Below, piece after piece: positions 43,961 through 56,365 of a stretch of 64,000 nt of DNA. This stretch comes from Eledone cirrhosa. Lineage: Eukaryota. The position numbers were made by a program, and so were the translations under genes. The notes beneath the pieces were generated by a model, which was given only the letters and a program-made list of their open reading frames with translations, was not told the DNA's origin and searched no databases. The stretch is from NCBI GenBank assembly GCA_964016885.1, contig OZ024752.1, positions 5,208,001 through 5,272,000 of the forward strand, in the 5' to 3' direction. Within the stretch, counting starts at the first letter, position 1; every line of letters begins with the position of its first letter.

Positions 43961-44236
43961 CATCTATATTAAAACTTTTATACTCTGCTATGTATTGAGT
44001 ACCTTACTTACTGTGGTTACCTCCGATTCAACCCGGAATAACATATATATACATATATGTATAATAAAATTGTTCTAAACCTCTGTAATTATCAGTCAGA
44101 CACAGTTTCCTCCATTCATCAATGACTTAATGATTCAATCTCTAGCTAATTGCCGTGTAACAAACATTTTCAATTTCTTAACGCCTTTTTTTTTCTTTCA
44201 CAATACCACATTCATTTCTCTCTGCGTTCACTATAG

Positions 44237-44428
44237 CTTCCATGGTTGCTTCTTGGGCTGGAATGAATGACAACGGCAACACAAGCTGCCATAGCATTCG
44301 ATCAAGTGCAGCCAGTTCAAGTGATGGCTCATATTTGACCGAAGCTGACTATGCTAGTGCTGTTTCTAAGGTTGCAGAACTTTCCGCATTCACCATGTTT
44401 GGAACTACTGCTTGTCACCCAATATCTG
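44237..44428 (+). CDS. robo: Internal coding exon of a Roundabout (Robo)-family receptor, cytoplasmic region
   Basis: Pyrimidine tract then ctatAG|CTTCCATG acceptor; TCTG|GTAAGT donor; 192 nt, phase 1-1. Translation SMVASWAGMNDNGNTSCHSIRSSAASSSDGSYLTEADYASAVSKVAELSAF resembles, from memory, vertebrate ROBO1 [47 protein letters not shown]. No other exon found in the window. Confidence 0.85.
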
Positions 44429-45340
44429 GTAAGTAAACAAGCATATAAATAAAACAATGTGAAAAAAAATAAACAAAAGAAACTCGTGAATAAATCATAA
44501 ATACACAACAAATACAAAAAAAAGACAGACTGCCAAAAAAAAATAGTTCATTAAAATACTTTGATGATATTAATGTCTATTATTGTCACAATAGTGACAA
44601 GTAGTGACCATTACAAGGATGGTATACAAATTGGTGACATTTATACATCAAGTATGTGTTATTGGAAAACAATTGTGTGTATGATGTATGTATATATGTA
44701 TATATATACATATATATATATACAGGTACACATATATGAGTGTGTGTGTGTGCGCGCACTACACACACACACACACACATATAGATAGATAACAAATTTT
44801 AATATACATATGATTTCCTTTGAATGAAACAGCTCTAGTCTTGTAGAAGCCATTTCTATATTAAATTTGTTGTATACACTCAACTAATGAATTGAGTGCC
44901 TTACTTACTGTGGTTACCCCCCACCTGAACCTGGGACTCATATCTATACACAGATACACATGGGTTTAGATGGGAATTGTCCCACTTGAGGCAAGATTGG
45001 TTGTCTTGCTCGTATAGGACTAGAAAACCTGCCAGACAGTCCTATACGAGCAAGACAACCAATCTTGCCTCAAGTGGGACAATTCCCATCTAAACCCATG
45101 TGTATATGTGTATATATATATGTATATGTAAATGTATATGTAAATGTATATGTAAATGTATATGTATATTTATATATATATGACAAGTATGTATGTTTTG
45201 AAACAGTGAGCAGGTTTGAAATTAGAAAATAGAATAGCTTTCACCGTATTTTTGACTAAAGGAATTTTAGCCTGATAATGGGGTTTAGAACCCTCAGATA
45301 AATGGAAAAAGATGAGTATTGACGTACGTCAATACTCATC

Positions 45341-45801
45341 ACCCACCCCCTTAAATGTGAAGTTATGTTGGTACCACAACATCCAGTTCGAAACAAATGA
45401 GGTCGTGTAGGTGTCACGACAAAAAAAAACACACAGCCCACACTGTAATGTGGCCATGTAAGTAACACGGTAAAAACCTGCAAGTACACACTGTAAATGT
45501 GGTTGGTGTTGGGAAAGACACCCAGCCATAGAAAACCCGCCAGACATGTAGGTGTCACGACAAAAAAAAACACACAGCCCACGCTGTAATGTGGCCGTGT
45601 AGGTAACACGGTAAAAACCTCCCAGTCCACACTGTAAACGTGGTTGGTGTTAGGAAGGGCATCCAGCCGTAGAAAACCCGCCAGACAGTCCTATACGAGC
45701 AGGACAACCAGTCTTGCCTCAGGTGGGAATACTCCCGTCCAAACCCATTCAAGCGTGGAAGATGGACGTTAAACAATGATGATGATGATGATGATGATGA
45801 T
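45341..45801 (+). mobile_element. RTE 3' UTR with internal tandem duplication
   Basis: TGTAGGTGTCACGAC...GAAAACCCGCCAGACA segment occurs twice; (GAT)n tail. Confidence 0.85.
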
Positions 45802-46174
45802 ATGTATGTATATATATATATAAGTATATATATAGATATATATATATGTATATATATATATATGTATATATATATAAGTATGTATATATATATATATATG
45901 TATATATATATAAGTATGTATATATATATATATAAGTATATATATATAGGTATATATATATCTGTATGTAAGGCACGAGATTCGCTATTGTTCGTAGTTA
46001 GTATCCTATTCACCGTAGTGAATCTGGTCCCTTACGATTTGAACACATATATTTATATATCTGTGTTTATCTCTCTTTTATATTCAATTATATTACACTG
46101 TTCGGAAAAATCTCTTTCCTTGAGCTATTTAATTGCAAGAGGCTATATTAAGTTTCTAACTCAATATATACCTT

Positions 46175-46222
<48 letters not shown>

Positions 46223-46534
46223 CAAAGGAAATGTGGTAAGGAACCAGGTGGACCATAACGCACCAAAGTACTCAATACTTAGAGTAGTAGAGAGGGTAAT
46301 AGGAACGAGTAGGACCCCGACGGCTGAGCTCAAGCCGTTTTGACGGCTAATTCTGGACTGAATTAGCCGTCGAATTAGCAGTCCAGAATTAGCCGTCGAA
46401 ACGGCTTGAGCTCAGCCGTCGGAGTCCTACTCGTTCCTATATATATATATATATATATATATAATTATATTATTATTAATATTCAAAAAACACAGATTAC
46501 ATTTATTATATGTACATATATATGTATATATATA

Positions 46535-46810
46535 TACTTACTTTGATACTTTTCAGCCAGTATTAGCCCAGGCCATGTCTAACTTAATAGCAGCACCTGG
46601 TGAAGTCTTACAAATCAGTTTTTGGGCACCATGGCCCACTCGAGCAGAGAGTTATTGTTTACGGAGGCATATTCGGGTGTAGGAGGCTATCCGGGATTTC
46701 TTGAAGGAATTTATCCAAAGACTTCTTGAACTTCATGGGGTCTGTCTCTGCTTTGATGTGTTTTGGTGTAATGTTAAAGAGAGCACGGCCAATTGAGGTG
46801 AAATAATTGT
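46535..46810 (-). mobile_element. CR1-like LINE 3' fragment
   Basis: Minus strand YFTSIGRALFNITPKHIK...FKKSLDKFLQEIPD. Confidence 0.65.
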
Positions 46811-46904
46811 ATATGTATATTTATATGTGTATATATATATATATGTGTATATACATATATGTGTATATATTTATATATGTATATATATATGTATATATAT
46901 ATAT

Positions 46905-47300
46905 GTATAAAGGATAACAAAATATCTTTATAGGTAATCCAGTTAGAGGTTGTGAATACTTCTTATTATGGATAGTTTTAGCGTATGGCATTGCTTGACT
47001 CAACAAGGGGTTTACGTAGATGACGAGTTTATGACTTCACTTGTATTCCTATGTAAGTTTATCTTGAAGTAATAAAATTGAAAAAATGGAGAATAACATG
47101 GTCAACTGTACAAAAAAGGGAATTTATTTGCAGTCTAACAATTGTTTCACTGATAAAGATGTCTAAAAATTGCTGAACACTAAAAGCAGTGCCACTCAAT
47201 TTTAAATACGATGTTAACTCTATTAGATCTTCAGAAACTGTTGAAAATAATATATATGTAACTGACAAATTTACAAATTCAAATTACATCATCAATAATA
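46905..47300 (-). mobile_element. Solo Penelope pLTR-like fragment
   Basis: Homologous to 56362-56700, including the minus-strand GAAACAATTGTTA. Confidence 0.65.
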
Positions 47301-47511
47301 ATATTAATGATAAAGATATAGAGAGAAAAAGAGGAACAAAGGGAGATAGATACAGTAAAGAAAGAGAGGAAATGGAGGAGAAAGAAGAAGGAAAAAGAAA
47401 AAGAAAAAGAGAAAAAAGAAGAAAAAGGAGAAATTATTATATATATATATGTGTGTGTGTGTATATATATGTGTATATATATGTATATATATATGTATAT
47501 ATATATGTATA

Positions 47512-47578
<67 letters not shown>

Positions 47579-47644
47579 TTATATATATGTATATATGTAT
47601 TTATATATATGTATATATGTATTTATATATATGTATATATATAT

Positions 47645-49712
47645 GAGATGAGTAGAAAAGAGGACAAAACTCTGATTCCGTCAGGGAAATGGCCATGTTC
47701 GATATGCAGAAAAGGAACTGGCATAAATTCTATAAAATGCACACAATGCAGATCAATGCAGATGTGGGATAGCAGGCAAACTAACAGGTAGACGTCGCAT
47801 TGATAGACACATTTTTATAGAAGTGGTGGATAGCTTCCGGTACCTAGGAGATCAGATTAGCATGGGATGGGGGTGTTCCGAGGTACATGGTGGGCATGGT
47901 TATGGTTCAAGAAATGAATTTTGTGATGCAAATGCACTAACCATTGGCCACAGTAACTTCCAGAAGCCTACCAACCACCTAATGACCTACAAATCAGGTG
48001 AGCACATAAGCCAGATTGATTTACTGCTAGTTAGACAGCAAGACAGACAGATGGTGTCAAATACTAAGGCATACCCTGGGGAAGAATGTACCCCTCAGCA
48101 TAGGTTAGAAAGAATGAGACATACAGGAACATGTAGAAAAGAAAGGTCTGAAAGCTAAAAGACCTTTCATTAAAATATAAATTTAGCAAAGCCCTTCAAG
48201 ATGTATATGATGAAAAAAAAGATGATTTAGTGTTGTATGACATAGATGATAACTGGAATTTCTTGTGTGACAACTTACTGCAGGCTACTGAAGAAATTTG
48301 TGGTTGGTGCAGAGCTTCAACCAGACAGAGAGTGGCCTGGTGGTGGAACAGCATGGTAGATAGGGCCATTAGAGACAAAAGACTGGCATGGAAGGCTTGG
48401 AAAAATGGTGGGAGTAGAGAAGGATACACAGCCACTAAGAGAGAAGCTAGACGTCAGGTGTACTTAGCCTGCAGGGAGGCTGAGAGTAGGAAGTTTGCCA
48501 ATATTCTGCTATGGGAGGATCAGGGATGTGAGGTGTTCCACATTGCAAGGCAGTGTGTCAGTTCATATCAGGATGTTGTTGGAGATAAATGTGTCCAGAA
48601 TGATGCCGGTGTACTTAGTGTCACGAATGATCAAAAAAAGGGGGCCTGGAAATGTCATTATGAGAGACTGAAGAATGTGGAGAACGAATGTGAGAGAGAG
48701 AAATTACCCCCAGTAGACCCGACAGAGGGACCAGCTATTGAGATTGATGAATATAGGGTACAAGAGTCAATTAAGGAAATGAAGAATGGTAAGGCTGCTG
48801 GACCGTCGGAGATAGTTGCTGAGATGCTGAAGGCATCAGGTGACGTAGGCACTAAACTAGTTGCACGCATCATTAATCAAGCTATATGTGGAGGTGTCAC
48901 ACCCAAAGACTGGTGCAGCAGTATTCTCATAAATTGCTATAAAGGTAAAGGGGATGCTCTAGAGAGGAGCAATTATAGGGGCATAAAGCTGATGGATCAG
49001 GTTATGAAAGTGGCAGAGAGAATATTAGCGCAACTAATTAGAGAACAGGTCAAATTAGATGAGATGCAGTTTGGTTTTGTGCCTGGGAAAAGTACAACAG
49101 ATGCCCTCTGTGGCAACTACAAGAAAGGTTCTTAGAGAAGAATAAGCCACTATACTTAGCTTTTGATGTTCCGAGGCCTGGAAGAAGTTTAGGAAGCTGC
49201 TTCTTCTGTTGACAAAGAAGGGTTTCTCCCTGTGTACGAAAGGCTGGTTATATGATGCCTGTGTGAGATGCGCGATGCTGCATGGTAGTGAGACATGGGC
49301 AGCAACTGCAGAAGATATGTGATGGCTGGAAAGAAATGAAGCAAGTATGCTCCGTTGGATGTGCAATGTCAATGTGCATGAACGACCAAGCATGGACGAG
49401 TTGAGAAAGAAACTGGGTATAAGAGGGATAAGTTGTGGTGTGCAGGAGAGAAGGCTGAGATGGTATGGACATGTGATGTGCATGGAGGATGACCGCTGGG
49501 TAAAGAAGTGTCAAGAAATCCCAGTAGAAGGAAGACGCAGTAGAGGTAGACCACGAAAAACATGCGCAGGGGTGGTGAGAGCAGACCTCAGATTGCTGAA
49601 ACTCACCGAGGAGATGACGAAGGACCGTGACAGGTGGAGAGATGCTGTGCTGAATAGGACCCGTCCAACCCTTGCAAGCAGGGAAAAGCGGTCGTAAAAT
49701 GATGATGATGAT
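47645..49712 (+). mobile_element. Rearranged RTE LINE
   Basis: Order: PHD piece, FRYLG piece, endonuclease end/linker/RT N-terminus, then C-terminus and (GAT)n. Confidence 0.88.
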
Positions 49713-49735
49713 ATATATGTATATAAATATATATG

Positions 49736-49777
<42 letters not shown>

Positions 49778-49815
49778 AATATATATGTATATATATATAT
49801 ATATGTATATAAATA

Positions 49816-49900
<85 letters not shown>

Positions 49901-50089
49901 ATAGATGTAGTTCCACAACAGTTAGTTCACCATTACCGAGAACAATTGTTATCTCAGTTTGGTGAACTAACTATTTTGGAGGTACTTCTACCAAACTCGT
50001 CCCATGGACTGAGTGCTCTACCACTAGGGATATAACCCACCAGTGTTCTACTACCATATATGTATATATATATATATATCTATATATAT

Positions 50090-50126
<37 letters not shown>

Positions 50127-50207
50127 TTATCTTGGGTTCAATCGGGGGTAACCACAGTAAGTAAGGTACTCAATACATAGCAGAGTATAAATATTTAATA
50201 TAGAATG

Positions 50208-50256
50208 GCTTCTACAGGACTAGAACTGTTTCATTCAGGAGAAATCATCAGGAAGC
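50208..50256 (-). ncRNA. Type I hammerhead ribozyme motif, same family as 43910-43960
   Basis: Minus strand GCTTC-CTGATGA-TTTC TCCT GAAT-GAAA CAG TTCTAGTC CTG TA-GAAGC. Confidence 0.8.
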
Positions 50257-50764
50257 TGACTGTCCAAGTAGTGTGGTGGTATTTGTACCTTTTCTGGTAG
50301 CAGGAGAGGGTGGTGAGTGGGATGAGTGGAGGTCATTGGTTGATGGATTTAAAGAAAAGGGAATTCTTTAAAAGCTAATATTTAGAGTAACAAAGGCAGA
50401 AAATAAAATTCAAGCTAAGCGTCTGTAGCCAGGTTGACACTGGGGAGAGGGGGTTTGGGCACTCCTAAATTTTAAGGTTCATTTAAGCTAACAATGGCCA
50501 TTCATTGGTGGGTTTGCCGAAATGGTCAGGTATCTACAATCACACATGCACACATATGTATACACACACACACATATATATATAGAGAGAGAGAGATATA
50601 CTTAGTTGTTGTATGGTTGCAATAAATGCGTCTGTAGGCAGTATGCCGTTTGAGCACTCGATGCTCGCGCAGAGCAGAGTATATTATTATAGATAATGAG
50701 GAAAGTGTGGTAAGGAACCATAACACACACATATATATATATATACACACACACATATATATAT

Positions 50765-50815
<51 letters not shown>

Positions 50816-51039
50816 CACACACATATATATATATACACACACACATACATATATGCACACATACACATACGTATACACACATATACGTACATATACACAC
50901 ATACCGACACACAGACACATATATATACACACACATGCGTGCAATAGAAGTACATTATACATGTAGAAAAGGCAAGTTGGTAAGAACTACTTACATAACC
51001 ATAGTACCGTGAGGTGGATCGAGAGAGTTGAGGTGGAAG

Positions 51040-51600
51040 GGATATTTTGTCAAGTGGAGTTTTTTTGAAAACTTTCCATCTGGCATCAAGACTGGCTTGA
51101 AGTATTTGTAGGTTGCAAAGTTTTTGTGCATGCAATTTAGGCAGTGTTCAGAGAGTTTGTTCAGTGTTGGGCCCTTGGCAAATAGTTTTTTGTAGCTCTC
51201 TGAAATACAAGGTCACAACACTTATGTCCTCCCTTGTATGAGCGCCCTCTCTGGAGTAATTTCCATTTGAGTGTGAAAAGGGTGGAGTTCCTCTTGAAGT
51301 CCCAGACATAGGAGGCGAGTGTTATCTGATTGGATTTGTCTTGTTTTCTGAACAAGTGGGTATGGGGTATATCACCGGATCTTGAAATTGATATGTCTTT
51401 TTGTTGTTGTCACCTATACCTGAGATGACATCACATTTATATATGATGTCATTCGTCAGGCACTTGTTTTCGAGTGGACAAGCTTCCTTATTTTGGCAGT
51501 TGCACAATGCTCCCATCCAGGGATGGGTTCCGGAAGTAGAAAGGTTATTTAATTTAGCAGTGTTGAGATTAGATATATTCCTAGCTAAGTTAAGTGTAGT
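51040..51600 (-). mobile_element. Penelope-like (Naiad-like) endonuclease remnant
   Basis: CNCQNKEACPLENKCLTNDIIYKCDV and TLASYVWDFK...LKWKLL...SYKGGHKCCDL; similar to 57290-57720. Confidence 0.75.
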
Positions 51601-51664
51601 ATATGTGTATATATACATGTATGTGTGTACATTTGTATGTGTGTGCATATATATATATATGTAT

Positions 51665-51910
51665 ATCATCATCATCATCATCATCAACGTTTAACGTCCG
51701 TGTTCCACGCTTGCATGGGTTTGGACGGGTTAGTCCCACTTGAGGCAAGAGTGATTGTCTTGCTCGCATAGGACTGTCTGGCAGGTTTTCTACAGTTGGA
51801 TGCCCTTCCTAACACCAACCACATTTACAGTGTGGGTCTGGGAGGTTTTTACCGTGTTGCCTACACGGCCACATTACAGCGTGGACTGTGTGTTTTTTTG
51901 TCGTGACACC
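51665..51910 (-). mobile_element. RTE 3' UTR fragment
   Basis: (CAT)n then the reverse complement of the family 3' UTR. Confidence 0.85.
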
Positions 51911-51972
51911 TGCGTGTATATATATATATATATGTATATGTGTATATGTGTATATGTATATATGTATATGTG

Positions 51973-52011
<39 letters not shown>

Positions 52012-52369
52012 GTGTGTATGTATGTATGTGTGTGTGTGTGTATATATATATACATGTGTGTATGTATTTGTGTATATATAAACATGTGTGTATGTATTTG
52101 TGTATATATATACATGTGTGTATGTATTTGTGTATATATATACATGTGTGTATGTATATATATGTGTATATGTATATATATATGTGTGTGTGTGTATATG
52201 TATGTATATATATATGTATGTATGTATATATATGTGTATATATGTTTGTATGTATATATGGGTATATGTATGTATGTATATATATATGTGTATATGTATG
52301 TATATGTGTGTATATATGTATATATGTGTGTATATGTATGTTTTTATATGTATATATAGGTATATATAT

Positions 52370-55214
52370 AATCACTTGATCACCTACAGATCAGGGGAAC
52401 ATACCAGCCAGGTAGATTATATCCTTACCAGAAGACGTGACAGAGTGACTGTTGTAAACACTAAATCCCTCCCCCATGAAGAATGCACCTCCCAACATAG
52501 ATTGATAATTAGCGACCTAATAGTCAGGACGAGATGTACTAGACAACAGAAGAGGACTATCCTCAGGAGAAAAATATGGAAGCTAAAGGATCCCACAGCC
52601 AGAAATATATTTAAAAGCATATTACTTGATGCTTTCGACAGTAAGGAAGAGCATTTAGAGTCGGACATTATAGAGGGACAGTGGGAATTTCTGAAAGCAA
52701 ACCTGCTGATGGCGACAGACGAAGTCTGTGGCTGGAGCAGGCCTGTTGGCAGGAGGAGAGTAACATGGTGGTGGAACAGTAAGGTGGAGGGGTCAATTAA
52801 GGCCAAAAAGCAGGCTTGGAAAGTATGGCAGGATGGGGAAGTAGAGAAGACTATCAAGTGGCCAGGAGGGAAGCTAGGAGACAAGTGTACTTCGCAAGAA
52901 GGGAAGCAGAGGAAAGAAAGTTCAAGCATGTTCTACAACGCGAGGACCAAAAACGTGAGGTGTTCAGGATTGCTAGGCAATGTGTCAAGGAAAACAGTGA
53001 TATTGTCGGGGAGAAGTGTGTACTTAATGATGACGGCGTACTTGCCATCACCGATGCTGATAAGAAGGTAGCTTGGAAGTGTCACTATGAAAGGCTACTA
53101 AATGAGGAGAATAAATGGGAGAAAGACAGTCTCCCCCATATCGACCCAATAGAGGGACCAGCAGTGTTAGTCGAGGGTAGTATAATAAGTAAGGCAATCA
53201 AAGATATGAAGACGGGTAAGGCGGCTGGGCCTTCGGAAATAGTTGCCGAGATGCTGAAGGCATCTGGTACGGTGGGACACACCATGGTCACCCGGATAGT
53301 CAACCAAGTCATACAGAATGGGGCTGTTCCGAAGGACTGGCGTAGCAGCATCATCGTTAACTGTTATAAGGGTAAATGAGATGCCCTAGATAGGAGTAAC
53401 TATAGAGGCATTAAATTAATCGACCAGATCATGAAGGTCACGGAAAAAGTAATAGCGCAACTAATCAGAGAGCGAATTGATCTAGATGAAATGCAGTTCG
53501 GGTTTGTGTCAGGAAAAAGTACCACAGACGCTCTTTTCATTGTATGACAACTACAGGAGAAGTACCTAGCTAAAAGTAAACCCCTATACTTAGCTTTCGT
53601 CGACTTGGAGAAAGCCTTCGACAGAGTCCCCCGTTCCATTATCTGGTGGGCTCTTAGAAAACTAGGTGTTGATGAATGGCTTGTGAGAGCTATACAAGCC
53701 ATGTATAAAGAAACAGTCAGCAAGGTTAGAATTAACAACGAATATAGTGAAGAGTTTAGTGTAAAAGTTGGTGTTCATCAGGGCTCTGTTCTTAGCCCCC
53801 TACTATTTATTATTGCCCTCCAGGCTATAACAGTGGAGTTCAAGACCGGCTGCCCATGGGAACTCCTATACGCAGATGATCTAATGCTCATAGCTGAATC
53901 AATGGCCGAGCTAGAGAAGAAATTCCAAACATGGAAGCACCGCCTAGAATCAAAAGGCCTTAAAATTAACCTGGCTAAGACTAAAGTTCTAGTTTGTAAG
54001 AAAGAAAATAAGGCGGCGGTCCCCTCCGGGAAGTGGCCATGCTCAGAGTGTAGGAAAGGCGTAGGTAGAAACTCCATTTTGTGTCCCAAATGCAAAGTTT
54101 GGGTGCATAAAAGATGTAGTGGGATCACAGGTAAGCTAACTAAGAACATAGATTTTACATGTGGCCGGTGTTCTGGGGCAATAAGTAGCAGCAAGTGCCC
54201 AAAAAATACTAGCTCTTTCAACTGCGCAGAGGGTTCTATAGAAATAGTTGACAGCTTCCGTTACCTGGGTGACAAAATCAGCAGTGGGGGAGGGTGCTCT
54301 GAAAGTACAGTAGCTAGAATCAGAACTGGGTGGAAAAAGTTCAGAGAGCTCATACCACTATTAGCCGCTAAAGGGTTCTCCCTAAAAATGAAAGGCAGGT
54401 TGTACGATGCCTGCATACGAACAGCAATGTTGCATGGCAGTGAGACCTGTGCATTGTGTGCAGAGGATATACGCAGACTAGAGAGAAACGAAGCTTGCAT
54501 GCTCCGCTGGATGTGTAATAGTAATATACGTGAACGACAAAGCATAAACGAACTAAGGAAAAAATTAGAAATAAGAGGGATCAGATGTTGTTTACTCGAG
54601 AGAAGGCTACGTTGGTATGGTCACGTGATGCGCATGAAAGACGATAGCTGTATAACAAAGTGCAGGGCAATGAAGATAGACGGTAGCCACGGAATAGGCA
54701 GACCCAGAAAAACCTGGGACGAGCTGATAAATTCCGACCTCACACAGTTACACCTCACCAAGACAATGTCACTGGACCGAGACCTTTGGCGGTACTCAGT
54801 AATAGAGAAGACCCGCCTTACCTAATACAAAGTAAAACCTACTACAGTCAGTAGGCATCTCTAACAAAATACACCCCCGTTCCACCACCCCCACCCCATC
54901 CACACCGCCCCTTTGGATGTAAAGTTATGTTGGTGCCACAACATCCAGGCTGAAACAAATGAGATCGTGTAGGTGTCACGTCAAAAAAACACACAGTTCA
55001 AGCTGTAATGTGGCCGTGTAGGCAACACGGTAAAAACCTCCCAGCCCCACACTGTAAATGTGGTTGGTGTTAGGAAGGGCATCCAGCTGTAGAAAATCCG
55101 CCAGATAGTCCTATGCGAGCAAGATAACCACTCTTGCCTCAAGTGGGAAAACCCTCCGTCCAAACCCATGCAAGCGTGGAACACGGACGTTAAACGATGA
55201 TGATGATGATGATG
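52370..55214 (+). mobile_element. Longest RTE LINE copy (end of APE, RT, PHD-like insert, C-terminus, 3' UTR)
   Basis: TYRSGEHTSQVDYIL...SQHRL (APE end), WWWN, FVDLEKAFD, LYADD; one frameshift and two in-frame stops seen; (GAT)n tail. Confidence 0.95.
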
Positions 55215-55242
55215 AATATATGTGTGTGTGTATATATGTAGT

Positions 55243-55284
<42 letters not shown>

Positions 55285-55462
55285 TATATCACATAAATAA
55301 CAATCAAATTGTGTTTAAGGCATTTAATTGCTTACTGGTAATCTGGTAATATACAATATTGCCCTTATCTTATTTATATTTATAAATATAAGTATTACTA
55401 TATATATATGTGTGTGTGCATGTATGTGTATATCATTATATATGGTTATATGTGTATATATA

Positions 55463-56000
<538 letters not shown>

Positions 56001-56032
56001 TATAACCTTCGTTTTGTGTAGAAACTTACACT

Positions 56033-56068
<36 letters not shown>

Positions 56069-56318
56069 ATAATAATAAATGTGAAGACTAAAATCCGAAG
56101 AGGGCTCGATAAATATATATATAAAAATATATAAGAACCATAGAGCAAATATTTATTAAAATTACAGATTAAAGTTTAAGCAATAGAATTGGTGCTTTCA
56201 CCATTAACGGGATCTTCTAAAACTAAAAAAAATACAATCAAAGTGATTTTTTTTTTTATTTCAGAAGATCCCGTTAAGGGTGAAAGCAGCAATTCTTTGC
56301 TTAAACTTTAATCTGTTA

Positions 56319-56361
<43 letters not shown>

Positions 56362-56365
<4 letters not shown>

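Noticed and set aside
52088-54825. Intact autonomous RTE
   Set aside because: 5'-truncated within the endonuclease, with a frameshift and in-frame stops; no retro-competent element was found in the window.
56262-56295. CAGAAGA-TCCCGTTAAGGGT-GAAA as an intact hammerhead
   Set aside because: Core U is replaced in both arms and there is no clear NUH/stem I; at most a decayed relic.
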